Assembly: GCA_003614675.1 (NCBI GenBank)
Contig: ML002226.1
Location: forward strand, 1-64,000
From: Dimargaris cristalligena
Lineage: Eukaryota
Reading direction: 5' to 3'
Length of the DNA stretch: 64,000 nt
Below, piece after piece: positions 12,114 to 25,402 of this stretch. The number at the start of each line of letters is the position of its first letter. Position 1 is the stretch's first letter. The notes beneath the pieces are model-generated. The model worked only from the letters and a program-made list of their open reading frames with translations, was not told the DNA's origin and searched no databases. Made by a program: the position numbers and the translations under genes.

Positions 12114-13049
12114 GGCCCCTGCTTTCGCCCACTCTTTTCTCACCGGTTCACCCTCTATAATCACGCATATATATCACATCTTTTTTATATACCCCTACTT
12201 TGGCGTTACCCGTACATATTCATTATTTACTTTCGCTTATACCTCAGCCGCTCATTTTAGATCGGGCGTACTTTTACTTTCCTTGGGTTCCTCTTATGAA
12301 GCCAAAATGTAGGCAAAAAGTGCACATATCCCCTCATAGTTTATTCATTTCTGCTGTCGTTTGTGTTGGCACCATTATCTTTTAAATTGATCATTTATGG
12401 GGACCGGCCTAGCTTATTAAATCGTCGTTTATTTATATAGAAAAATTATTTGGGGGTTTTTTTTGAATGGTTATTACGGCTGCCACTTTTAGGGTTAACC
12501 CCGTATGGCCAAGTCTAAGTCTATCATGAGATGGTCGGCCATTGGATTTGGTCAGGGAAGCCTCCTAATATAGGACAAAAAATATTTAGATCAGCATGAG
12601 TTAACAGCGTCTGAAAAACTCTGTTGAATTCACTATCCAATATACACCCATCTTTAATTAAGTCATGGTTTGATACAGTGGGGTGAGCTGGTAAATTTGA
12701 AGGTGTATAAAGCATACAACGGTGAAAAAAATAAAAGGACTTGAGACATAGGAGCCAATATCTATAATTTAAAAATAAATTAAGACATTCAAAGACAGAG
12801 CAGCTAGTGTTGAATGGGTACTCTTCTAGAAAAATAATATATATATATATATAATAATACGGGCAAATACCGGGTGAAAAAGGGGAGGGAGGCTCTCAAC
12901 TCTAGCGACTAAAGCGTACAACAGTAAACAAATACATGTGGGGAAAAAGTGGTGAGAGAAAGAGAATCAGTTCTATCGATATAGACGGTTTGTGCGCGCA
13001 CACATCAAATCATCCACCCCTCCCCCGCCTCCATCGAACCCGAGTTAAA

Positions 13050-15114
13050 TTACAGGGAGGTTTGGAAGTCACGAATCAAGGCCAAGATAGCCTGGTAGGA
13101 GCCAATTGAACAGCACAGGACACCGATCACAATGATAACGACGTTCCAAAGCAGTGTACGGCCGGTGAGCAAGTGCCAGCCCTGGAGCTTGTAGTAGATC
13201 AGCACCGGGAACACAAAGATAAGGGTGGAGTAGATGAGGGAGCCGAGGAGGGCCATGACATCGGCGAAGAAGGGGACGAAAACGGCGCATAACATGGTGA
13301 TAATCATGAGGGGGATACGCACGGCGGCACGCAGTTTGGGTCTCGGCCCGGGTTTGCCGAGGCCCGCGGAGCCGAAGACGCGGGGGTAGTCAGCCGCGAG
13401 TTCGTCTTCAAATTCGGAGGATACGCTGGTCAGCATGATGGGGGTGGTCATCAGCACATGGATGGTAACCATGACATTGGCGAAGGCCAGGGGCAAACCT
13501 TGGGGCAGGTTAAGGAAAACGGGGGACAGGGTATCGGAGTCGTAGACGGCGTAGCCCACGATGGCGACCAGGAGGTACATGATACAGACAATGGTGGTGG
13601 CGGTGGTCAGAACGCGGGGCCAGGCTTTGGGGTCCCGGAGGCCCTGTTCGACCTGCGGCCATACGACGTTGCCACCGAACGAGAAGCAAATGGAGGATAG
13701 GGCCAGGGGGAACCCCCACACGTCGACCCACTGGTAGGCGTGGGTGGGATGGTTAGGCAGGTCCACGATGCCCAGGCCGACGACGACAATAACCATTAAG
13801 CCGGTGGTCGCCGCGCCGAAAATACTGTTTAGGAAGGAGAAGCAGGAGGGGTGGGATATAGTAGGCCGCGGGGGTGCAATCAGGGGATTAGACTAGAAGA
13901 AGAGGCTTACAGGAGGAGCATGGCCAATCAATAGTATGGGGGGGGAAGTCATGGGGGATGATGGCCACCGCCGCATATGCTGGGCGTGGAAAAGGCTGAC
14001 GACGAGTAGATGTCAGCGTGATCCACTAACGGAAGAAGCAATAATGCAGGTAATAAAAATATAACCCTCCTATACTATTAACACCTGACCCGTCGCCGCC
14101 TCCCAGTCCAATGGGGGGGGGGGCACTACTACCCCTGGAAAACTTTTCTCTGCAGACGGCAGTGAATGGCCAGAAGGGAGACCAGAAAGCATTGGGAGGG
14201 ACCGGAGTGTGATCAACGGGTTCAATCGCCCATGGCATTGCTAAAGTTCAGGGGTATTACTATCACATACCTCATTATCACGGCATCCTGGATAGTGCGC
14301 ATAATCACATAGGGAACGGTAACCACCACCGAGCAGATGATAATCCAGTAGCGGACACCCGCCAAAGCGGCATCGGGGGTAAAGATGGCGTTGAGATTGT
14401 AGCCGGCGAGGATCATAAACAGGGTACAAGTGCCGACGGACGACACGTCCTTGAACACCCGGGTCACCCGACGACCGTGGGGGCCAAAGGCGGCACCCGC
14501 TACCTCCGAAAAGGAGTTGAGGCGGCGGCCATCGGCGGTGTAGAGGGAACGGATAAAAATGATACCCGTGTAGTTGGACACGACGGCAGCCAAGACAATC
14601 CAGAACAGACTCAGCCACCCGCCCTGCTTCAGGCAGTAGGGCAGCTGGAGGATGCCGGTGCCAGCCATGACACACATAATGTGGAATACGGCGGCGGCGT
14701 TGGAGCCCTTGGCGTGGTCTTTGACGAAAGACTCGGTGCTGGAACCCGGCAGAAGCGATTGGCTGTCGGGAGCCGGGGCGAGGTATCCGTCAGCTAACTC
14801 ATCTGGAACAATCGAAAGAGAAGGTGGAGGTGATTGGATTGGCCAGAGGGAAGGTAATAAAGTTATATTAAATAAGCGGGAATATGCGCATGGCGATGAG
14901 TAATTAGAGCCTGTATCAGAGGAGCTTGGGCATAATCCCCAGTGTGGGGGAATAGGCATATCAGCGGTGTATGCTACTACCCCACTGGCTTTTCATGTAG
15001 GGCGGGCGGCAATATAGACGAACGGAGCAGCTAGTTACCTGGGGTGAATTCCACCGACTTGGGCGAAATGGCGCCGTACCAACGGGCGCCACTGGGTTTG
15101 GGAGCTTCGGCCAT
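13050..15114 (-). CDS. Amino acid/auxin permease family transporter (Avt1-like); exons 15114-15039, 14802-14271, 13824-13050
   Basis: AGTGILQLPY, FSFGGNVVWP and VPFFADVMALLGS motifs; many hydrophobic helices; consistent GT-AG phases. Confidence 0.88.
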
Positions 15115-15768
15115 TGCGAGGTTGGGTAGCAAGACAAGGGAGAAGGCCGCTTCGGAGGAACGTTGCCTAGTTAATTGAGTAATTGAGAGAACGAAAGATA
15201 ATATGCTCTTTCACAGAGAGATAAACAAACAACTAGAGCCGGCTCAAATCGGCAGGAAAAAATGCGACCAAGTCTAGGGTTAGGTAGGAAACACACCACG
15301 CATAGTCACAAAACGAATAGTCTAGAAATATGGGTAGGAAGAAAAGCGCAATGCTAAGGTAAGAAATACGGGAGACGGAATAGAATATCGTGAATACTAG
15401 GCAGAAGGGGGGCGCGGTGGGAGAGGGGCAGGCGGAGTCGGCTTTATAGGAGGGAGGGGCGCGAGGATTGGCTGCTTCCCGAGCGGCGTTTTATGAATCA
15501 CCAACTATATGCAACATGCGGAACGGGTCCTGTTAAGTCAACCAACCCCTCTCTTTCTCTCCTGGTCAGCTGACTCACATCGGTTGACCCAGACTCCAGG
15601 GACCCCCCGGAACAACTTAAGGAAGAGACAAGGGGAACCCAGGGCCAGTGTACTCAAGTGGTTCCCAGATCCCAGACCCCAGAGCAAGGCACAGTACGAG
15701 ACGAGCGGGGGCGTTCTCTATTCCTGCCCAGATAAGTAAGCGACATAACGGCGGCAGTGGGAGGGGTC

Positions 15769-15797
15769 GGTTTTGGTTTTGGTTTTGGTTTTTTGGT
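15769..15797. repeat. (GGTTTT)n microsatellite
   Basis: About 4 copies, intergenic. Confidence 0.7.
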
Positions 15798-16413
15798 GCA
15801 GTGCACCACCGCCCTTCCAAAGCAGCAAAAAAACAACGCCTGTCCCTCAATAATCAGGGAGAATGAGTGAAATTTAGCTTGGATGGCGCCATCCACACGC
15901 CATTCAGTGGGTGGGTTATATGTGCAAAGCCCTTTTTACACGATCGGCCGGGCCAGCGTGACCCCCGGGTGCCTCCACAATTGGATGAACCAGTCGGGCT
16001 ATCCATCACATCCGTAGGCAGGCGAGAGTCTCGCTGGTCACAAGATGCGCAGAAGGGATGTCTACTGTATAGCATTAAAGTGGAGCGATGAATAAATGAG
16101 GGGTGAGGGTGATATAATATACCCATGGATAGGAACCGTATGAGCCCCCCTGCCACCCTTGAATCTAATAATAAGATAGGCGATCATCTATTAAAGCTGC
16201 GCGCCGGGAAGTTCTCCGAGGTCCGACTATAATCGGATAAGTGGCCTCTGGTCTGAAGGGTGAGTGCAATAATATATACCCCAGATACGTATGTGGTCGA
16301 CATTAGTTCTAAAATATTTCGAATTAACACCATAAAATCTCGGGCGGCAGAATTAATGAATGGTTTGCGGGGGACCATTACTACTCGCCCGCCGATCACG
16401 CCATCGCCAAACC

Positions 16414-16445
16414 AACTCTCTCTCTCTCTATATATATATATATAT
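16414..16445. repeat. Compound (CT)n(AT)n microsatellite
   Basis: Directly visible. Similar (TA)n tracts near 122, 12837 and 31640, and (GA)n near 49846. Confidence 0.8.
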
Positions 16446-18116
16446 CCCCCAGCTAGCAAATGAGTGTGGTGGGAATTAACAAAAAAGCGAGAGGAAAGGA
16501 GGACCTTAACGGCTGACCGCCTTCTAGCAGTAACAGCCCTGGCCCAAGGCCTTGTCAGCCGGTAATCACCGTCCCTTTATTTAGATTTCTCGGCACGCTT
16601 ACCAATGGAGGCAGAAGTACTTACTTACCTCACCAACAACCGTGTTTATAAGAATGAACACCAACCTATTTATATATTTATTATTAATGATGGGCGTGCA
16701 TGGGAGGAGGAACACAATGGGCGGAATACTGCTATTCTTACCCAATAACATCACCTGTCTCGTCAAACTGGGCTACTCTAGACCAATGTTAATATTATTT
16801 AAACCCCTATAATTGGCGAGCTATTTTAAGAACAACAACGGCCCTCCCAGGCTCACTCGTTAGCTGTCAAACTGCCCTTTAATTTGAGGAACACGGCGGT
16901 ACGCGATTGGCTATTTTGACCTGGAACAGGCGGTACTTTTTAGATGAGGGTGGAACGGGATCACAAATTAGATAACCCAGATTACAAATATACAGCTTCG
17001 TCGCCCTAAATGACCCTTCATCCACGACTAGTGATACTCTCCAACACTGGGCTGTTCTCCCAGTGCTCGCCATCATCGAAGCAACCGAATAATGTAGTGA
17101 TGGTCTTTTTATGGGGGCAGGTTCATGACTAGTCTGGTCTCCAACGAGTTCTCCGCAACTGCTTTAATGCGCACCGCTGCCCCATCATCACACAGCACTG
17201 GCTTGCTATATATGATCAGATGATAAACCCTTCCCGGTAGTGATGTCGATTGGACGGACGGGACGGAGGTAAACCAAGTGAAAGGAGAACGGCCCATTGG
17301 GGAGCGCTGTTTGCATTCTATTGCCGGGAATGACCGGTTGATGACTTGGTGGGAAAAGTCGAACCCCCCCCCGCTTCTTATAGTGTTAGGTTCACTCTTT
17401 GTAATCGGGAAAGGCCTAACTAGAGAGGCTCTGACCTGTACAGGATATAGCCGCGGCCGCTGCCTTTCGCGCGTGTGGGCCAGATCTTCCAAACGGAGGA
17501 TATTCCTTGGTCTGCACCCGGGGAGGGGGGATCGCCCTGGTCAGATTATATACCTCATGGTCGTATTTATAGCCTGGAGTGGCGCGCATGCCTGAGTGTG
17601 GATAAGCATTTCAGTAATTTTCCACCTCCTTCGGCTTCTATTTTGTGCCGTTGGGCCCTGTCTATTGTCCTTCTCTGCATAATACATGTACCACACAGAT
17701 CAGTCTAGTGGAGTGCATGTGCTCATCCAAGTGGTGGTCGGCTATATAAATACCCCCATCCTAACTCCGAATCCTCTATTGTATTGTTGAGCTTTGGCCA
17801 ATGTGCTGCCGTTACTCCATTGTCTTGTCTTATATGCCCCATACGGTACGGCCGATTTCTAAAAAGATAGAATCGTAAATTAAGAGGAAACTGCCGCAAT
17901 ATAGAACCCCTTTCCGCCCCGGCCGGCTTAAACGGCGTCCTTTCCCCATTCCTTGCCAGACCCCATTGTACTCTGCCAAGGGTCCCCACGACTTCTTCTT
18001 CACCAGCTCATTGTTGCAGCGTCGCCCTCTCACTTCTCCTGCTTATTCCCTATGACACATCCCCTATGGTGTTCTCCCGCATACATCCACCCACCATCTA
18101 TGCTACCATCTACCGT

Positions 18117-18168
18117 ATCTCTCGGCAGTGAATATATGCTCTACCATCTCTCGGCAGTGAATATATGC
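18117..18168. repeat. Direct repeat of a 23-mer (ATCTCTCGGCAGTGAATATATGC x2, period 29)
   Basis: Identical copies at 18117-18139 and 18146-18168. Confidence 0.9.
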
Positions 18169-19036
18169 GCCTGCTTTCCATTTCCCTATAACTGGGCTGC
18201 CATCCACCTGCCCCTCCTCCTTCGTCTTCTTCGTTTACTCTACCACCATTGAGTTCTATTCCTCTTTTCATTTAGTATACTATATTCCCCTTGGTGTAAA
18301 CACTCCCTTTCCCCCAACCTTGTCTCTTCTGCTTGCAAGTGTCTACTACTGTTTCCCCACCCACACTCCCCTCTAGTTCAAACCGCACGTTTTGCGTGGT
18401 TGGCCACGACCTTCTCCCTACCCTCCGCCCCCCTCTTAAAAAACTGCTCAGGCGGCGTTATTGTGTAAAAACCTTTTGGCAACCGTGGTCCGTCTCCGCT
18501 GACTATTCGCCTGGGCCGTTGTCCTACATGTAGATGATCCAGTGACGACCACCTTTAGATTCCACCGCTGGTTTCCTTACTATTCTTGTACTCAACCCCC
18601 CTTTTTCCTGTTCCGCTCCTCTATTGAACATTCGGGCCCAAGTTGGTATTTCCTTATAGCATAGCCCCCGCGCTCGACAGACGCCCCGAGCACCCCTTCC
18701 TCTGTTTCTCTTTGTTCCAACCCTCAACTTTTCCTAGCCACTTGGCTATTAGCTAAATCCCCCCTCTCCTTTTATTGGAGCACTTTTACTGCCCCCTCTC
18801 TCTCCATTTGACTTGGCAGACCTAATATTAATATTACTACTACTGCACTTCCCTCTTCTTCATCCTAATAGTTCCAGCTCTTCCTTTTGTTTACGAACTT
18901 TTCCAACCCCCTTCACCATTGGTGCTCATTGGCCCGTATTCTTATCCCTAGCCACCTGCTGCTATTCCTTAGATTATCCTATTATTAGATTGGCCCAGTC
19001 TTCTCCGCTAGTTACTGTGTCCACTAAAGCTCGACT

Positions 19037-21404
19037 ATGTCCGCCCCCATAACTAATACTAACCCCAGTTACCCTGCCGACCACCGGGTCGATTCAGCCC
19101 AATATTCGGACATATCCTCATCCAACACCAAGCCCGACCAGCAGAGCTACGAGACCGCTCACTCCTCCCCCGAGGGCCATCCCCAGCAGCCCCCACCGTC
19201 TCGCTACAGCGCCTTCACCTCCCCACCCACCAGTCCCCCCCACCGCGAACCCCCTTGCCCAGCACTCCAACTCTATCCGGAAGCTCAAGCCCCTACCGTC
19301 TAAACCCGGCGATTTCCCCATCGACTACGCTTTTCAGAACATGGCCCTCTCCCCACCCACCTCCACCATCCCCTCTCCCGGCGGTGGCCAGAACGGTTCC
19401 ACCTCCAATCACGGGCCGGGCTATTACTCAAGCGCTAGCTCCACCAGCACCACTGGTCCCGCCGCCGCCGACCGTCCGTTCGAAACCCTGGGGGAAGAGC
19501 TGACCTACCTGCGCCCCACTAGCCAGGAGCTCTACGACGCCCGCTTCCCACGTAACCATAGTTCCTACAGTTTGGCCAATTCCAGCGACAGCCGCGAATC
19601 CGCCCCGTCCGCCGCCGCTGTAGTGGCTAGCAATCGGCCTCGCATGGCCCCCGGCGGTCCCCCTTCCCCCCAGGACCAGGGCTTTGACAGCGGCTACCAT
19701 TCCAGCTCCTACAGCCACTACCATGCTTCGCCCATGCAGCCGGCTTTCCCCGGCTCGCCCTCCCATGCCCTGCCCCTCCCGCCCGTGGCCAAGAGTGGTT
19801 CCCATTCACCATCTCCCGGGCCCTCCCCCGTGCCTCAACCCTATTCAGGCCCCCGCTCCCCCTTGGGTGACAGCCACCTGGTTCCCCCGGGTCCCCCGCG
19901 CTTCAAAAGTCTCAACAACTCCACCCCGGATCTGGCCGCTCCTGCCTCCAGCGGCGGTGGTTTTGACGGGCCTATTCCCCGCGCCAACTCCCCCCACTAC
20001 GCCACCATGCGTGGCGCGCCCACCCGCCCCACCTCCTCCTATTACCAAATGCACTCCAACTCCTCGGGGGAACTCCGCCCCATGTCTATGGCCGACCCCA
20101 GTGGCTACCCCTACAATCGGCACTCGGCCTCCTCAACCTCACTGCAGCAGGCCGCCAATCGCCAGAGTGTAGCCTTCGGATTCGGTTCCCAGCGCGGCTC
20201 CCGTACATCCGTCACTCTTATTAACGAAAAGTCGGCCTTGGGCATGTATCGTGAGGCCGCCAAGAAAACCAACGATCCCCGCATTCAGCTGGAATTTGCC
20301 AAATTCCTCATCCAGTGCGCCAACGAGGATCCCGCCTTGGCATCCCCTACCGGGTCCGCCCATGGTTCCCCGCACAGCTCCCCGCGTCTCGGCCCGCAGA
20401 TGTCGGCCACTGATGTAATGAACCAGTTTGAAAATAAGCAAAAGCTCATGGAGGAAGCCGTGTATTGGATCCGTTTGCTCGAACGACAGGCCCACCCCGA
20501 AGCCTGCTTCATTGTCGCCGAATGGTATTCGGAGGGTAAATTCGGTCTGGCCAAGGACGAGGACAAAGCCACCGCCGCCTACCTGATCGCCTCCAAGCAC
20601 AATATCGCGTACGCATCCTACAAAATGGGCAAGTACTACGAGAAACGGCGCCAGAACTCCAAGGCCCTGTCCTTTTTCCAAAAGGGGGCCGCCCAGGGCG
20701 ATGTGTCGAGCAGCTACCGATTGGCGTTAATCCACCTGCGCGGTGAGATGCACCAGGTCAAGAGCGTCCGGCAGGCCCTGATCTATCTGCGGCGCTCTGC
20801 CCAACCCGATGAGCACTGCTCGGAAGGCGCCTATCTGTTGGCCCTCATGTACCTGGACGAATTCTACGAGTGCAAGGTTGACGACCAGGTCTTCAAAGAC
20901 AATGAAGAGGCCCAGAAGCTGCTGGAAAAAGCCGCCCAGTTCGGCAACGCCGACGCCCAATACCGGCTGGGTCAGGCCTTCGAGTTCGGTGAGTGCGGCT
21001 ATGAGACCGACCCCATGTACTCTGTGTCCTACTACCGCATGGCAGCTGAGCAGGGCCATAAGGAGGCCCAGATGGCTCTCAGCGCGTGGTATCTCAGCGG
21101 CTCCCCGGGCACCGTCGATCAAAATGACAACCTGGCCTACAAATGGTGCGCCAAGTCCGCCGCCCAGGGATTGGTCAAGGCCGAGTTTGCTATGGGCTAC
21201 TACTTCGAGGTGGGCATCGGGACCCCAATTGACGTTGAAAAGGCCAAAGAGTGGTACCACATCGCCATCTCCCACGGCAATAAGGAGGCCCAGCAGCGGA
21301 TGGACAAGCTCATGGGCAACTCCCGGGAAAGTAGTCGTGATCTGAAGCGGAAGGTCACCAAGAAGCGAGCCAAGAAGGATAATACCGGATGTCGAATTTT
21401 CTAA
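19037..21404 (+). CDS. Sel1-repeat chitin synthase activator (Chs4/Skt5-like). Main ORF 19341-21404; a coding-like N-terminal segment from 19037 needs a +1 shift to join it
   Basis: YREAAKKTNDP..QLEFAKFL, tandem Sel1 repeats (AQYRLGQAFEFG, AQMALSAWYLSG, AEFAMGYYFEVGIG), basic tail ending in CaaX box CRIF. Confidence 0.85.
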
Positions 21405-22693
21405 ACGCCATACGACTGATCTCTCTCTCTCACTCTCTGAGTTGGCAATGTCGCTCAGTTGTCGATCGGTTCGGTAGGGAGGGGGGAGTACGTGTGGTCG
21501 GTCATATTTCACTATTGTTTGGTTATATCTGGCCCCTCCTATATTTATTTCTATACTTGTAGATCTTTGCCCCTCCTCTTTCTCACTTTTGCTTGACTTG
21601 AAACATTCCAACCCGTGTGTTTATTTAAAAATCATTTACACCCCTTCCGAGTGTTCTTGTCCATTTCTCCTATTATTTCCATCGTTCACCATATTTCTGC
21701 ATTGGCTTAATTCTTATTATATAACCCATCGGGGCACCCTCACCAGTACGTACCTTGCAGTTGCGCCTCCTATTCGCCTCTTCTGCGGATGCTTTTGGTT
21801 TATGAATGCGATCACAGTATAGTATATTCTGACTGAGACACTCTCCGCCCTTATTTCTATTTTTTTGCGGTACTACTACTATCTCCATTTCATATCTTTT
21901 ATCTACTTTGATTTAAGTTTCCGAAGCCATTAAGCGTGCCCTCCTTCTATGCACGGTTATGTCTTCGTTATTCATACCCACGTGTAACTTCGCCACCAGC
22001 CGCATTGTATTCCGATCGACTGAACCAAAACTTGGGCACACTACACTTTTTTATTTCTCAGTGCAGATTGTGGATAAGCGCCCCGCATCAGCCCTTCTTA
22101 TATCCCTCCCCCTTACTTTATCGTTATCCATTATCTGGTTTTTGGTCCGGCAATACCCATGGTTTTCCCGTTAAATATTTTTTGAACATTCACTATCCCA
22201 CTGTGCCATTATCCATTCATCCACAATAAACCCCAGTTACACAATAAGTTTAAGTCAACAATGTGGGTAGTTTTGCAGCCGCTCAAGTGGGGTGCCTAAT
22301 CCAGAAAGGGGGAGGAGGAGGCCAACAGGTGCTCCCAGCTATGCTGGGATAGAGCTGGGTGGACTTAGTAATGGCTGGTCCAAAATAAATGGATTTCAAA
22401 AACTCCCCCCTGACAAACCACCACCCTAATGAGGAGCTACAGAGGAACCATATACGCATACAAGGCTTATGGCTCAGCTGGGAATTGGTCCCCAGGTTGA
22501 TTCCCATTTCCTGTTTCATGACTCTATTCTCTTTTATACTTGTTAACCACTGCCGAATTACCGTTTGCCCCGCAGGTCTAGTTAGTTGACCCTGTGGTAA
22601 CCAGCTACTATCTGCTTGTCGCCTTTGAACTGATCTCTCTTCTTGTTTATTACATACCCTACTATCTGTTTCCCCCAGCGACTCACGGAACAC

Positions 22694-24634
22694 ATGCCGC
22701 TTTCCGGGTCCGACGACATACAAAGTTTTTTCGACGAATTTCGCCGACAAACTTTATGTCCAGCCACCGGACCTTCCACATGTAAGCCCTGTTCTGCTTT
22801 AAGTCGAGTTTTAGGAGGACCGCCAATTCGGTTAGCTACCAGGCGGAAGGCGGCTCGCTTAAAAAGGGCTCCACTATTAATCCATGGGGCTTGGTAATAC
22901 TCGTTCATCCTTACCCAATATGCCATAGTATTTCAGGGTAGAGTCGATTTGCCTAAATTTGCGTTAGATACTCACATCTATTAAATTACATCGCTAATTC
23001 CCATTTTATGAGTGTTTTTTTTGTGTGTTATTGTATAATTCTTTTTTGTAAAAGCGCCCCATTCAACCCCAGTAGTAATAACTAAATTTAACTCCGACAA
23101 GGGCAAAACCGGTTCCGCGACGGGTCAAGACAATGTAAGTGATTTATACCATGTTATTTTTTTATGGGTAATTCTCCAATGTGAACTGAGGGAGTAGGGG
23201 CTACGTCTAAATGCCTTCGGGGGCCGATATACATGGCTCAAATAGGCTTAGTAGACCAACGTATATTCAATGCCAAATCACTCTACTGGACTGCCAGCGA
23301 TACTAACTTTGATACTATTTGAATTATGTTTAATAGGCTGTCCAATCCCGTTCGCAGGCGCAAAAAAAATGGTTCGTTAATTGTTTAGGCTACCCCTAGT
23401 GATACGTGAATTTTCCTTTGGGCATCGCGACCGTCACGGCTGGTTATACGCCTAGATCCCATTATACCACTGACAGTGGGGGGAGGTAACTGTTAGAATG
23501 TGAACTTGTTGACTACCCTTCCTACTTCTAACTTGCTCTTCCTCGGGGGAGTTTTTTTTTATGGTTGTGGTATCTATACCTCTTAATAATCCATGATAAT
23601 GGATGCGCAGCCTATAAAGTGGCTCTATTGCGAATGAAGTTTAAAAAAACTTCCAACAGCGCATGGCATCAGCGGGACACGATAACCATGGAGGAAATCC
23701 GACATTTTGGTAAGTATACTCCCCCACTTTATCGCCCAGTGGGGCTTCCTAATATATACCAAATGATGGGTGACTCCAAACCCCCCTACTCTACCTCTCC
23801 AATATTCGTTGCGGTTGGTTTTGGAATCACGGTAATCCATGTACTGTATGGGCTTCGTTTGGCCAGTCATCCGATGACCTCGGGTTATCTAACTATTAAT
23901 TTTAATCTTAACCTTAGTTCTCTACATTTATTTTCTGGGGTTTTCTTTGGATTTATTATGATTATCATGGGGGGTCAAAACCCACGCCCTTTTCGCGGAT
24001 CCCTTTATAAAACTAGCCAAACAAACCACCCAATTACCGCATTGCCAAAACCGCTGGGTCAAAGTACTGGGTTCGCTGTTTTTACCGGACTATTCGGGAC
24101 CGGCTTTACAAGCAGAAGCCCAACGATTGGCACAACTCGCGTAAGTGATGTCCACCTTCTTGCCATTCTGTGATTGGCCATATGGCGACCTAGACGGCAA
24201 CTACTACCGCTCTGTACTCGGTTATAGCCAATCCCTAGAATTCTGTAATCGGTTTGGGTCTAATTTTAGTATAGCCCAGTCCTGTCGTATCATACAGCTT
24301 ATCCTATGCATCTATTTATTTATTTATGTATCTTCCTTTTGTATTCTGGGTCCGCTTACTTTTCCACAGGCATGCCAATGATGCACCCAATCCAATCCTG
24401 TACATCGAATTGTCAGACAACTCCCTATCAGAAACATCCCATACGGACCCCCCACCATGTACGTTAGCAACGCCACCTGTTCCCCCATCAACCCAAGACA
24501 CCGTCTTACCCCCCCAGAGGGTCAAAAAGCGGCGCTACCATTCTATATCTCGCGCATCAGATCCCAATCAATCCCTTTCCAAAGAGGATCGTAAAAAATC
24601 CCTGGACGACTGGCTTGGCCTGGGCAATGCTTGA
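22694..24634 (+). CDS. Hypothetical multi-exon protein (exons 22694-22781, 23611-23709, 24017-24140, 24370-24634; extra small exons possible)
   Basis: Three GTAAG donors and YAG acceptors whose phases chain into one open frame; no family recognised with confidence. Confidence 0.5.
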
Positions 24635-25402
24635 TGGCAGATGTCCCCACCACGTTAAATTCCAATTAAATGGTTTTTATTATGTAACATATTCAAAAAC
24701 ATATAATAGAAATGATAAAAAATTAACAAGCTTTTTAGAAAGAGGGATATGGTTCCAAATACCTAGTATAGAGATCCAATAAAAAATAGGGTGAGAAATG
24801 CCATCAAAATGGTGGTACAATCAAGAGTTGGAGAGAAAAGTACATTTTAAGTGAACTAAAGGACTATAGCTAATAGTAGGTTCTTTTGAGCCAGACCGAG
24901 ACTTAGCGGAAAAGCAAAAAAGTTTGATAAACAAATGATAGATATTATAAATATTAATGATATTGGAGAGGGATACGTATATCCAGTTCCGTGAATGAAT
25001 TCACCAGGATACGCTCTGCATCCAATGGTAGTACAAAATGGGGAATAGGGGTATTCCAAATGAATAGATATTAAACCAAGGACATTTTTAAGGGAAGGAA
25101 ATAGCGGTCCCCTCGTATAGTACTGAAGAGGCCGACTATGGGGGAAGGGCGGGGAACACTGACCGAATACTTCATCAGCATTATTTTTTTTCTTCAATAC
25201 ATAGTATAAAGCAATGACAGTACTAGACCGCCACCGGGCATGCCACAACTTGCCATGTAATACTAAAGATGAACCGTACTGGCCACAGACTATATGTATG
25301 GCGAGCCCCCTTTTACCCTACCGTATCAAACTCAGAGCTGCGGGACAGGGATTATGTAAAGGATCAAAAGACATACGAAAAGGAGGTTACGACCAGCACA
25401 AC

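Noticed and set aside
15769-15797. GGTTTT repeats as an interstitial telomere
   Set aside because: Only about 4 copies and not TTAGGG; simple microsatellite.
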